From NCBI GenBank assembly GCA_965224195.1, contig OZ245040.1:672001-736000 (forward strand): a stretch of DNA of 64,000 nucleotides. Reading direction: 5' to 3'. Numbering within the stretch: position 1 is the first letter of the stretch; every line of letters begins with the position of its first letter. The translations under genes were made by a program, and so were the position numbers. The stretch is from Nitrosopumilus sp. (GTDB lineage: Archaea; Thermoproteota; Nitrososphaeria; Nitrososphaerales; Nitrosopumilaceae). This document shows, in pieces, positions 11,100 to 21,099 of this stretch. Below the pieces are notes generated by a model, which ran no database searches, was not told the DNA's origin, and saw nothing but the letters and a program-made list of their open reading frames with translations.

Positions 11100-11876
11100 T
11101 TATTTTGATTTTTTAATTCTATAGATATCCGTATCCAATCGTTTTTTTGCAAATTTGTAATAGTCTGGAACTATTTCAAAACCAAGAAATTTTCTTTTTA
11201 GAGATTTACTAATCACTGCAACTTGACCAGAACCAAGAAATGGATCAAATACCAAATCATTTTTTTCACTAGAATACTCCAACAGTTTTTTAATAATTTC
11301 TGCAGGAAGTTTTGTTGGTGTTTTTTCATCGCCTGTCCAATATTCTCTTTTAATATCCCAGACATCTTCCTTATCTCTATAATGAAGACTCTTACCATCT
11401 TTTGTTTTTTCATCTTTTTTGAACCTAGAAAAAGGGAAAAATTTTCGTTTCTTATCATCTTTGCAAACATAAAGACAGTGATAGTGAGAAGTAACAAATT
11501 TCCTTTTAGTAACTACTCCAAACTGATATTTCCAAATAACATGATTTACAGTCGTAAATCCAATATCGTCTAATGCACGTAAGATATCTTTGAGATTATT
11601 CCAACCTGAAAAAATATACATGCTACCAGAATCCTTTAAAATTCTAAAGATTTCACTCATCCATGCAAATGTGAAATCATAATAATCCTCAGGTTTGATT
11701 TCATTATATCCAGATAACACACTAGAAGAAGTTCGGTTATAATTTGCCTTTTTAGCCTTGAAATTTATTGCAAATGGAGGATCAGTAATTACAAGATCAA
11801 TTTTATTTTTGGGGATTAATTTCATCCCTTCAATACAATTTTGATTGTAAATTTTGTTAATTTCTATTTTTTTCAT
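11100..11876 (-). CDS. Site-specific DNA methyltransferase (N4/N6, beta class), no adjacent endonuclease
   Basis: ITDPPF catalytic motif precedes VFDPFLGSG SAM motif. Confidence 0.9.
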   Translation of the reverse strand: MKKIEINKIYNQNCIEGMKLIPKNKIDLVITDPPFAINFKAKKANYNRTSSSVLSGYNEIKPEDYYDFTFAWMSEIFRILKDSGSMYIFSGWNNLKDILRALDDIGFTTVNHVIWKYQFGVVTKRKFVTSHYHCLYVCKDDKKRKFFPFSRFKKDEKTKDGKSLHYRDKEDVWDIKREYWTGDEKTPTKLPAEIIKKLLEYSSEKNDLVFDPFLGSGQVAVISKSLKRKFLGFEIVPDYYKFAKKRLDTDIYRIKKSK

Positions 11877-11970
11877 TTTTAAATTTAAAATTCTCTTCTA
11901 GCTTAATAATGTCGTGGGTCATAGTACCTATCAAACAATAAATCATCAATAATCCCTTATCAAATAGATC

Positions 11971-14481
11971 TTGAAGTTCTCTTGTCCAAAATGTAAATCA
12001 AAAATTGGTATTCAAAAAACATTCAACAAAAAAATGCATGTTTCTTGTGAAAAATGTGGATTAGAAGATCTGTTAGAGTTTTCAAAAAATGCTGATGAAG
12101 TATTTCTAGAGTTTCTTTCAAGATTTGACAAAGGACTAGTAACTGAAGGAGGGTTATCTGAAGGTCTCAAAGATGAGGGAATTGTGAGGAGAGAAAATGA
12201 AATCAAAGAGATGATAGGCAAAAACAACCCAGATAAAATAACTGAAGAAATTCTGTTTTCAAAAAAAGACTATATTTCACAATACAAGGTTTTGAGTAAT
12301 CCTGAGCCTAAAATGGGCTGTAAAGTAGAAGAATTAGGACTAGATGAATCAATAACTGAACATCTCAAGGAACTAGGAATTGATCAATTTTACAAATTTC
12401 AAGAAGAGGCCATTGAAGAAATTACATTTGGGGAAAATGTTATCATTGAAGCACCCACAGCATCTGGAAAAACAGAAGCATTTTTGATTCCAGTGATTCA
12501 AAGAATAAAAAAAGATGCAAATTATGGGAATGTTTTTGCAATTTTTGTATATCCCACAAAAGCACTAGCTCGTGATCAATATCCAAAAATTCAAAAATTT
12601 GCAGAAAAAATAGGAGTAGATGTCAAAGTCTTTGACGGGGATACAAAACAAGAAGAGCGAAGAGAAATAATTGATAATCCACCTCAAATTCTAATTACAA
12701 ATTTTGATGTTTTACATTATCATATGTGGCATCAAACAAAATTTTCTTCATTGTTATCTTCTACTAGAATTCTCATCACAGATGAGGCGCACGTATATTC
12801 AGGTATTTTTGGAACAAATGTCCATTATATCATAAAAAGACTGAAGCGAATTTGCACCAATAAATTACAATTTGTAGCAGCATCAGCAACTCTTGATGAT
12901 GCAAAAGAATTCTGCCAAAAGTTGTTTGGAGAAAAAATGCAAAAAATTCAAGGTTCAGGTAAAAAAGGAAAAACAGACTTTGTGATGCTTTTCCCATCAC
13001 TGCGAACACAAAGAGCCCTGATGGTAGAGCTGACAAAGAAATTAACTCAAAAAAATCACAAGACAATGGTTTTCAATAATTCACATCTAAATTCAGAACT
13101 TTTGGCAATGCAAGCCAAAAAACAAAAAGTGAACATCAAAGTTCACAGAGCTGGACTAGTGGCAAATTACAGAACATCAGTTGAAAAACAATTCAAAGAA
13201 GACCAATTACAGGCAATCTCATGCACCCCCACGCTGGAATTAGGCATAGATGTGGGCAATGTAGATTGTGTCATATCATCAACCATTCCAGTAAACAGAC
13301 TAATTCAAAGAATAGGGAGAGCAGCTAGAAAAGGTCAGAGAGGCTATGCATTTTTAGCTTTAGGGAATGACCCTATATCACAATATTACAAGAATCATCC
13401 TGATGATTATTTTGAAGATACTGAGAAAACATACATCGACCCCAAGAATCCATTTGTAGAAGAATTTCAAATTTTGGCAATGGCATGCGATAGACCCATT
13501 TCAAAACATGAATTAAAGGAACATCAAGAAGTAATAGAACAGCACATAATTAATGAAAATCTAAAAGAATCCACTAATAGAATCATTCCAAATTTTGATA
13601 AAATCAATTCCATGTTGAGTGAATACAGTATTAGAGGAATTGGTAATTCAATTGATATTTTCTTAGATGGGAAAAAAGTAGGAGACAGAGTATTGCCAAT
13701 TGCACTAGAAGAACTACACAAAGATGCAATCTATTTTCTAGCAGGTATTCGTTACAAGGTAAAGAAATTTGATTATCCAGAAAAAAACTATGCAAAACTA
13801 GAAAGAATTCCAAGAGATTATCCATACTATACAAAATCATTAACAGAAGAATGGCCTACAATTGAAACAGTTTATGAAAGAAGAAAAGCAAACGGTATTG
13901 AAATTGCATTTTGTAAATTACATATTGAAAAAAAGGTATATGGTTATGTCAATATAGAATTAGGACAAGAAATAACACAGGGAGAAAAAGTTCAACTAGA
14001 TTCTCCATTAGAATATGATTTTGTTACCAAAGGAATCGTATTTCATGCACCAAGACCTCTCAAAGTAATTGAAGAATCAGAAGATGAGGAATATACAGAA
14101 GCTAGTGGATACCATGCTACAGAACACGTTGTAATTGAAGGGAGCAATATGATTACAGGTGGAGTTTCCCAGGATTTAGGAGGCATATCATTAGGCACAT
14201 CAGGCTTGATTTTCATCTACGATGGGGCTATTGGTGGAAGTGGTGCAAGTAAAGCCCTCTATGACAGATTTGAAAAAGCACTTGAAAGAAGTATGTTCAT
14301 AGTAAAAGAATGTCCGTGCAAAAATGAATCTGGATGTCCAAGATGTACTTTCTCATATAGATGTGGAAATAACAATGAATATCTACACAAATATTCAGCA
14401 TTAGAGATTCTTAAAAGAATCAATGATGGTGAAGAAACGGTATTAATTGATCCTACTGAAGGAGATAAACCTCTAGTATAA
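11971..14481 (+). CDS. DEAD/DEAH helicase with C-terminal Zn-binding DUF1998 (Hrq1/MrfA-like)
   Basis: APTASGKT, DEAH, SAT, LELGIDVG, QRIGRAAR, CPC...GCPRC. Confidence 0.9.
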   Translation: MKFSCPKCKSKIGIQKTFNKKMHVSCEKCGLEDLLEFSKNADEVFLEFLSRFDKGLVTEGGLSEGLKDEGIVRRENEIKEMIGKNNPDKITEEILFSKKDYISQYKVLSNPEPKMGCKVEELGLDESITEHLKELGIDQFYKFQEEAIEEITFGENVIIEAPTASGKTEAFLIPVIQRIKKDANYGNVFAIFVYPTKALARDQYPKIQKFAEKIGVDVKVFDGDTKQEERREIIDNPPQILITNFDVLHYHMWHQTKFSSLLSSTRILITDEAHVYSGIFGTNVHYIIKRLKRICTNKLQFVAASATLDDAKEFCQKLFGEKMQKIQGSGKKGKTDFVMLFPSLRTQRALMVELTKKLTQKNHKTMVFNNSHLNSELLAMQAKKQKVNIKVHRAGLVANYRTSVEKQFKEDQLQAISCTPTLELGIDVGNVDCVISSTIPVNRLIQRIGRAARKGQRGYAFLALGNDPISQYYKNHPDDYFEDTEKTYIDPKNPFVEEFQILAMACDRPISKHELKEHQEVIEQHIINENLKESTNRIIPNFDKINSMLSEYSIRGIGNSIDIFLDGKKVGDRVLPIALEELHKDAIYFLAGIRYKVKKFDYPEKNYAKLERIPRDYPYYTKSLTEEWPTIETVYERRKANGIEIAFCKLHIEKKVYGYVNIELGQEITQGEKVQLDSPLEYDFVTKGIVFHAPRPLKVIEESEDEEYTEASGYHATEHVVIEGSNMITGGVSQDLGGISLGTSGLIFIYDGAIGGSGASKALYDRFEKALERSMFIVKECPCKNESGCPRCTFSYRCGNNNEYLHKYSALEILKRINDGEETVLIDPTEGDKPLV

Positions 14482-14523
14482 CTAATCAAAATGGGATAAA
14501 TATAACAAGAATTTAGAATCATC

Positions 14524-15351
14524 ATGGAAAAAGTAGCTCTTGTTACGGGCAGTTCATCAGGAATTGGATTAGAAACAGCATTATCATTAGCAAGAGATGG
14601 ATATTACACATTTGCCAGTATGAGAAATGTTGGAAAAGCAGGTGAATTAGAACATGCAGCAAAAAAAGAGAATCTTCCAGTTGAAATTATAGAATTAGAT
14701 GTTGATAAAGAAGAATCAATCATTTCTGCAGTCAAAAAAGTTGTTACAAAAAATGGAAGATTAGATGTACTGGTTAACAATGCAGGATATGGTCAATTTG
14801 GATGTACAGAAGATCTAACAATAAATGATTTTAGAAAACAATTTGAAACAAATTTTTTCAGCATTGTGAGAATTATTCAAGAGATTGCCCCAATAATGAG
14901 GAAACAGAATTCAGGCAGTATAATTAACATTAGTTCAGTAGTAGGGAGAATGGGATTACCAGGTTCTCCAGCTTACATTAGTTCAAAATTTGCATTAGAA
15001 GGACTAGGAGAATGTTTGAGATATGAATTAGGTCAATTCGGAATTAAAACTACAATGATTGAACCAGGAGTTATCAAAACTAATTTTTTCAATTCAATGA
15101 AAGTTCCAGAATCAAAGATTGATCCAAAATACAAGACATTAACTGATAATATTTTAGCAGGTCTCAAAATGATGGTAGAAATGGGAACTGCTCCGTCTCA
15201 AGTTGCAGATGTAGTAATGAAGGCAATTCATGATGATGAAATGTTGCCACGATATGTTGTAGGTACGGACGCTGCCATGTTCATGGAGGCAAAAGACAGT
15301 AAAACAGACCTAGAATTTGAGAAATACATGAGTAAAGAGCTATTTCCTTAG
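14524..15351 (+). CDS. SDR family oxidoreductase
   Basis: TGSSSGIG, NNAG, YISSK. Confidence 0.92.
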   Translation: MEKVALVTGSSSGIGLETALSLARDGYYTFASMRNVGKAGELEHAAKKENLPVEIIELDVDKEESIISAVKKVVTKNGRLDVLVNNAGYGQFGCTEDLTINDFRKQFETNFFSIVRIIQEIAPIMRKQNSGSIINISSVVGRMGLPGSPAYISSKFALEGLGECLRYELGQFGIKTTMIEPGVIKTNFFNSMKVPESKIDPKYKTLTDNILAGLKMMVEMGTAPSQVADVVMKAIHDDEMLPRYVVGTDAAMFMEAKDSKTDLEFEKYMSKELFP

Positions 15352-15426
15352 ATTACATCGTACGCTAAATTGATATACAGATAAAGTAGAATTTCATCAA
15401 AGTCCACAATTTTAAGATGAAATGAT

Positions 15427-17079
15427 ATGAAATGGAAAACTCTACAACACAATGGAATCTTATTCCCAGCTGCATATGAGGCCCAAGGAATTAAGATAAA
15501 AATCAAAGGGGAGACTGTAAATCTCAATTTAACCCAAGAAGAAATGGTGTATCAATGGGCCAAAAAGAAAGACACACCATATGCTCAAGATAAAGTATTT
15601 CAGAAAAATTTTACAAATGATTTTGCCAAAGAACTAAAAATTAAAAAATTATCTTATGAAGATATTGATTTTTCAAACGCTTACAAAATAATTGACAAAG
15701 AAAAAGATCTCAAAGAGATGATGAGTAAGGAGGATAAAAAATCCCTTGCTGCAAAAAGAAAAGAATTACGAGAAAAACTGAAAACAAAATATGGAATTGC
15801 CATCATGGATGGAAAAGAAGTCGAGATGGGGAATTACATGGCAGAACCTCCAGGTATTTTCATAGGTAGAGGGGAGCATCCACTCAGAGGAAAATGGAAA
15901 CCCCCTGTTACTTCAAAAGATGTAACTCTGAATATGGATAAAGAAGCAAAAAAATCGATGAAAGGGGAATGGAAGAAAATAATACATGATAATGATTCAA
16001 TGTGGCTTGCAAGTTGGATGGATTTTCTTACACAGAAAAGAAAGTATGTGTGGCTCGCAGATAGTTCGGATCTGAAACAAGGCAGAGACAAAGAAAAGTA
16101 CGAGAAAGCTATCAAGCTTGAAAAAGAAATTGAAAAAATCAAAAAAGCAATGGTCAAAGATATGAAAGACACAAAAAAGAGTAATGTTGCTACTGCATGT
16201 TATTTAATTTATAGGACAGCAATGAGAGTAGGAGACGAAAAAGATCCAGATGAGGCAGATACTGTAGGTGCTACAACCCTAAGAAAAGAACACATCAAGA
16301 TTACTACAGATACAATAGAGTTTGACTTTTTAGGAAAAGATAGTGTAAGATGGCAAGAAACTCTAAAGGCAATTGGTGACGACAAACAATTTCAAGAAAA
16401 TCTCAAAAAATTAATTGAAAAGAAAAAACCAAGTGAGGAGATTTTCCACACCATTACATCTAGAAACGTGAACAAGTATTTTTCAGGAATTGTAAAGGGA
16501 TTAACTGCCAAAGTGTTTAGAACATTCCAAGCAACAACAGTTGTCAAAGACTATCTTGTAAAGCATGATAATATGAAGGGAAAATCTGCAACTGAAAAAA
16601 TATACCATGCAAAATTGGCAAATCTTGAAGCTGCAATGATGTGTAATCATAAAAGAACCATTCCAAAAACATTTGAGCAATCATTACAAAAGAAAAGAGA
16701 TACTCTCAAAAAAGTAGGAAAAGAACAAGTTTGGAAAAAAACCCAAGAAACTCTCAAAAAAGTAGAATCAAGTACTCCTAAAACAGATACTCAAAGGAAA
16801 AGTAAAGTAAAAAGAGTCAAGACATTAAATGAACAAATTAAAAAACAAAAAGTCAAGCAAAAAGAAAGAGTAGAAAAACTAGAATTACAAATTGACTTGT
16901 CTGAAAAAACTAAAGACTACAACATTGGTACATCATTAAGAAATTACATTGATCCTCGTGTTTTCAAAGCCTGGACTGACGAAGTTGGTGCAGAATGGGA
17001 AAAATTGTATACCTCTGCATTACAAAAGAAATTCCTATGGGTTAAAAATGAAAATATCCTCTGGAAGGATATAAAGTAA
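15427..17079 (+). CDS. DNA topoisomerase IB (eukaryote-like)
   Basis: KWKTLQHNG, EPPGIFIGRGEHP, RVGDEK, FLGKDS, AKVFRT, CNH, GTSLRNYIDPR catalytic Tyr. Confidence 0.95.
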   Translation: MKWKTLQHNGILFPAAYEAQGIKIKIKGETVNLNLTQEEMVYQWAKKKDTPYAQDKVFQKNFTNDFAKELKIKKLSYEDIDFSNAYKIIDKEKDLKEMMSKEDKKSLAAKRKELREKLKTKYGIAIMDGKEVEMGNYMAEPPGIFIGRGEHPLRGKWKPPVTSKDVTLNMDKEAKKSMKGEWKKIIHDNDSMWLASWMDFLTQKRKYVWLADSSDLKQGRDKEKYEKAIKLEKEIEKIKKAMVKDMKDTKKSNVATACYLIYRTAMRVGDEKDPDEADTVGATTLRKEHIKITTDTIEFDFLGKDSVRWQETLKAIGDDKQFQENLKKLIEKKKPSEEIFHTITSRNVNKYFSGIVKGLTAKVFRTFQATTVVKDYLVKHDNMKGKSATEKIYHAKLANLEAAMMCNHKRTIPKTFEQSLQKKRDTLKKVGKEQVWKKTQETLKKVESSTPKTDTQRKSKVKRVKTLNEQIKKQKVKQKERVEKLELQIDLSEKTKDYNIGTSLRNYIDPRVFKAWTDEVGAEWEKLYTSALQKKFLWVKNENILWKDIK

Positions 17080-17122
17080 AATTAGAATCATTTAATTTCC
17101 CAAATTTTCGACCTAACATCAT

Positions 17123-17237
17123 GCCGGGGTAGCTCAGCCTGGTTAGAGTGCCAGTTCAATTGGTAAACTCTAACGGTTCTCCAACTAAGGCAATACTCAT
17201 AATCTGGAGGTCGCGAGTTCGAAACTCGCCCCCGGCA
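17123..17237 (+). tRNA. tRNA-Met(CAT), elongator-type, with 40-nt intron at non-canonical position 30/31 (17155..17194)
   Basis: Acceptor GCCGGGG/CCCCGGC-A, T arm GCGAG-TTCGAAA-CTCGC; anticodon stem CCAGA/TCTGG forms only after intron removal; BHB with central helix TGCC/GGCA and bulges AGT, ATA. Confidence 0.9.
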
Positions 17238-17345
17238 CACATTAATCTCAAATTAAAGATTGGATACCGTACTAGTCACCAAACTATGCAGAACTAGGCA
17301 ATTTTTTACGGTGTCAAACCCAAAGTTCAACACCCTTTGTGAGAA

Positions 17346-17696
17346 TTAAATGGCTCCAGATTTAACATTAAATTGTTCATTCCATTTGTTTGACCATTTG
17401 TTTGCACAATATCCTGTAAATATTGAAAATATTGTTGTAATCATTGATGGAATAACCAACATTACTGGCAATACTGCAAATATCAACATCATTGAGCTTA
17501 TCGATAATCCTATAATCAGAGGAGTAATTCTCAGGGTTTTACCAATTCGTACAAACGGAATAAGTATCAAAAACGGCAAAATCCCATGCAATATGAAACG
17601 TTCAGTTACATACCACAATCCTCCTGCAATTATTTCTAATTCTACTAATGATATATACAAAACAAAACTAATAAGATGAAAGCGCACATAGCCCAA
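17346..17696 (-). CDS. Hypothetical membrane protein (start uncertain, possibly degraded)
   Basis: Several hydrophobic helices, C-terminal KWSNKWNEQF. Confidence 0.5.
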   Translation of the reverse strand: MGYVRFHLISFVLYISLVELEIIAGGLWYVTERFILHGILPFLILIPFVRIGKTLRITPLIIGLSISSMMLIFAVLPVMLVIPSMITTIFSIFTGYCANKWSNKWNEQFNVKSGAI

Positions 17697-17740
17697 ATGT
17701 CAGAATTGTCTGTTGTGTTGGACTGACACTTTTTTTAGAT

Positions 17741-18121
17741 TCAAATATTTTCATTTAAACACCTAATTCTTTCATTGTATTCCATTCCAAAAAATTTAGA
17801 GATTGTAGCTTGCCAACAATCAAGCATCCCTATTATGAAAAGCACAAAAATTACAAAGCCAATCAAGAATATAGCATACACAATTTTCCATTTCCTCTCT
17901 CTTTTTTTATGAGTTATTGGCAAAAAGACAATATTCATAAAATAAAATAACCACATACCAATCATTGCAATATTTTGAGTTGCTGCAGAAATGGTTCGCT
18001 CCAGACTTGTTTGCCACATTATCATAGGTAAAATCGTAAAGTATACTGCCCCAATACTTAGAAATCCCACTATTACTATATTGATTAAAAATAAAATGTT
18101 GATATTGTAACTAGTGTTCAT
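17741..18121 (-). CDS. Hypothetical membrane protein
   Basis: Three hydrophobic segments. Confidence 0.6.
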   Translation of the reverse strand: MNTSYNINILFLINIVIVGFLSIGAVYFTILPMIMWQTSLERTISAATQNIAMIGMWLFYFMNIVFLPITHKKRERKWKIVYAIFLIGFVIFVLFIIGMLDCWQATISKFFGMEYNERIRCLNENI

Positions 18122-18854
18122 TTTTCTTCTTATCTAATCTTTTTTTAATTGCATATAAGATAATAAAAAATACAATCAAAATTGCACCCAATCCCTCAAT
18201 AATTATAGCAGTAAATGTTCCTAGCATAGTAAAAGTTTCACCAGTCTTAGAGGTAACTGGCTATGATTTATCATGGGTATCAACTGGTAAAGGTTCCTAG
18301 CATAGTAAAAATTTCACCAGTCTGCAAGGATTGTCTATTAAAAATAGAATCATCAATTCGAATATTAGAATTAGATTCTCTAAAATCAAGAGGTTTTGGA
18401 GATTCTGAAACACAAAATCCATTTCTGATCATCATATGTTTTTCACATGAGGTTTTACATTCAAACTAAACATGACAATTGTTGCAACATGATCATCTGA
18501 TTTTTTGGTACTAATTGGATATGGACTTGCATCAAGTAAAATAATTTTGTATGGAGAAAAGAATGTGTATGAATCAGTAGGCATGAAATCAACTGTTTTT
18601 GAATGAATTTGATTTTGAACTTGAATCATAGCAGTTACTTGTCCTCCCCAAACACAAGTAACATCAGAAGGACAACGTGAATCATCTACATCATAAAAAG
18701 TAAATTTAAGATCATCTACATGGATAGTCTGTCCAAGGTGTAATTTGATTTCCTTTTCTGCAAAAGATTCGTTTACCATACTAGTTGAAATTAAAACTGA
18801 AAACACAACTAAAATTATCAAATAATAACTAGTTTTCATTCTATATTTCTCCAT
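18111..18854 (-). pseudogene. Secreted/membrane-anchored protein (DSRCPSDVTCVWGG family), frameshifted and interrupted by a duplication/insertion
   Basis: Signal peptide and DDSRCPSDVTCVWGG in 18432..18854; an alternative frame continues (CEKHMIRNGFC...QTGE.FTMLGTFTAIIIEGLGAILIVFFIILYAIKKR) across the 76-bp insertion to a C-terminal TM anchor. Confidence 0.7.
18211..18323. repeat. 37-bp direct repeat (2 mismatches) flanking a 39-bp unique insert (period 76)
   Basis: GTAAATGTTCCTAGCATAGTAAAAGTTTCACCAGTCT (18211-18247) vs GTAAAGGTTCCTAGCATAGTAAAAATTTCACCAGTCT (18287-18323). Confidence 0.9.
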
Positions 18855-18903
18855 TAGAGATAGTCATAAAGGGGAATAAAATTGACACTAATAGAGATGA
18901 AAA

Positions 18904-19260
18904 TTAATCTTCTAATTTCTGTTGTAAAACAATAGCATGAATAGGTTTAGGATCCTTTGATGCAGAAAGAAGCGTAATGGTTTTTTGATCATGTATTGTT
19001 TTTTTAATGTCATTTAACGAAGTAAGGTTTTTCTCAATTTCTAAAAGATATTTTTTTTGAAATTTTTCTCTTTTGTCCAGGTTATCATGATACCATTTAC
19101 GCAAATCACTGCTTGGAGTAATTTCTTTTATCCATAAATCAACATTGGCACTTTCTTTTGAAATTCCTCTAGGCCACAGTCTATCTACTAATATTCTGCA
19201 TCCATCGGTTTTTGAATAATCATCATAAATTCTTTTAATTTTAATCATGATTCTTGCCAA
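18904..19260 (-). CDS. DUF488/YeaO family protein
   Basis: IKIKRIYD...RILVDRLWPRGISKE...PSSDLRKWY. Confidence 0.9.
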   Translation of the reverse strand: MARIMIKIKRIYDDYSKTDGCRILVDRLWPRGISKESANVDLWIKEITPSSDLRKWYHDNLDKREKFQKKYLLEIEKNLTSLNDIKKTIHDQKTITLLSASKDPKPIHAIVLQQKLED

Positions 19261-19409
19261 TTAATTTCACACACACACTACACGTTGCTCTGACACCATT
19301 GTAACGTGATTCCCAATAGGGTTTAATTTCACGATTACATATTGGGCATTCAACTGTTTCATGATCATCATTATTTTGATGAACAACTTTGTTTTTAGAA
19401 AAAAATCGG

Positions 19410-19595
19410 TTATTCACTGTGAACATGTTCATCATCGGTTGTAACTTTGTCATAGTCATGGTTATGTGAACCATCAGAATGACCTTTACCACGAAGAATG
19501 AAACATACTATAGCCAATGCAACTGCAACTCCTGCTGCTGCACCAAAGGCTGCAATACTAGCTTCTGCCACGTTAGAAATCCCCTGAAAAAGCAT
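19410..19595 (-). CDS. Small membrane protein with His-rich tail (possibly a fragment)
   Basis: TM helix followed by GHSDGSHNHD...EHVHSE. Confidence 0.5.
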   Translation of the reverse strand: MLFQGISNVAEASIAAFGAAAGVAVALAIVCFILRGKGHSDGSHNHDYDKVTTDDEHVHSE

Positions 19596-19623
19596 TAAGG
19601 TATTGCGGCATATTAGAAAAAAT

Positions 19624-20490
19624 TTAGGAAACTATGATTGTTCCTTGCATACTAGTATGCAATGCACAAAAATAGTCATAGTTACCTTTCTCATTTAGAG
19701 TAAGTTCAAACTTTTCTCCAGGTTGTAAAAGACTGCTATCAAACTTGCCATCATATTCAATGGTTCCAGATTTAACAGATGTTACAATATGTTGATTGCC
19801 ATCAATATTATCAAAGGTAATCATTTCACCTGTAGATGCTTGGATAACATTTGGAACATAGAATGGGGATTCTAATCCAACAATGTCAACAGTATTTTCT
19901 TTGACTGTTTCTGTTTGTTGTATAACATCTACTGTTCCTTTGTTATCGAATACTTGAATTACAAATCTTGTTGATGCTTCACCAAATAATGGATTTGAAT
20001 ATGGTACAACATTAAGATCTGCTGTAATCAAGTATGTTCCTGCTTGAAAAAATGTGTGAGTTGATGAAATTACACCACGATGACCATGATATGCACCGTT
20101 TAATGGAATTGGTATTGGTGCGTTAGGTTGATCACCTGAAGTTGATGGATAGTGATAATATCCTCTACTAATTGATAGTAGACCATCAACATGTCTTGCG
20201 TCTTCTCCTGTTTTTGCGTCGTTTACGTCTATGAGTAAGGTGGTTGGTTCTCCTACAACAATTCTCTCAGGTTAAGTAGAGAGAGTTACCATAATTTCAG
20301 TATCAGGTTGAGATTCTGCCAATGTGATAGTTTTACCTTGGTTTACTACGTTTACAGAAAATTCAAATAATGTATTTTCAGCTGAAACGTATAGATTTGA
20401 ATTTGACTGGGCATAAGTTACAGATACAAGAGAAAGTAAAGATATTGAAAATAAAATAAATAAAATATAATTTTTCATAATATTATACAA
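19624..20490 (-). pseudogene. Secreted cupredoxin (plastocyanin/azurin-like) domain protein with premature stop
   Basis: 20272..20490 and 19624..20271 are in one frame separated by TAA at 20272-20274; C-terminal H...YDYFCALHTSMQGTIIV type-1 copper motif. Confidence 0.75.
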
Positions 20491-20565
20491 AACAAGATCT
20501 TCATAAAGTATTCTTAAAATTGTTAAATTTTTTCACAATTCTTTGATTTTAAAATTCTAGTGAAA

Positions 20566-20994
20566 TTAGGAATAATATTCCTTGAATCCTTTATCTGTTG
20601 GAAGCAATTCAGTTTTTGGACCAAACATGCCTTGTTTATGAACTACTTTTAGTAATCCGTTTTTTTCTAAATTTTCCAAAATAGGATCAAGATCTTGACT
20701 ATCTAATCCAGTATTTTTTTGGATACTTTCAAAAGATTTTGAACCTCTGTTTAGCGCTCCTAAAACAAGATCATTTTTTGATTGAGGTTTAGAAGGATCG
20801 GTTCTAGGTTCAAAGGATTCTGATGGATGTTCTTGAGTGGGTTTAACAAAACTAGGTTCAAAAGGTTTTGATTGTTGAGGTTGAATGAAACTTTTTCCTA
20901 TACCTCTTTTTGCCAAAAGACGTGGGATAATTCTAGCTAGTGGAATTGCCAGGAAAATTATGATATAAATCCATGAAAAGTTAGGATCTGCCAT
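20566..20994 (-). CDS. Membrane-anchored winged-helix protein
   Basis: N-terminal TM, Pro/Gln linker, C-terminal wHTH (LENLEKNGLL...PTDKG). Confidence 0.7.
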   Translation of the reverse strand: MADPNFSWIYIIIFLAIPLARIIPRLLAKRGIGKSFIQPQQSKPFEPSFVKPTQEHPSESFEPRTDPSKPQSKNDLVLGALNRGSKSFESIQKNTGLDSQDLDPILENLEKNGLLKVVHKQGMFGPKTELLPTDKGFKEYYS

Positions 20995-21099
20995 TAATTA
21001 TACCATACATGAAGGGCATAAATTTGTTAAGGGAGGAATTCAATTTTTCAAAAAAGGCCATTAGGTTAGTATAATAATAGAAGATAGATACCAGAGACA

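Noticed and set aside
11100-11876. DNA methyltransferase next to a DUF1998 helicase as a possible DISARM-like defence system
   Set aside because: Divergent orientation, core-like composition, housekeeping neighbours and no other drm-like genes
15427-17079. Eukaryote-like topoisomerase IB in a prokaryote
   Set aside because: Established hallmark of Thaumarchaeota, not novel
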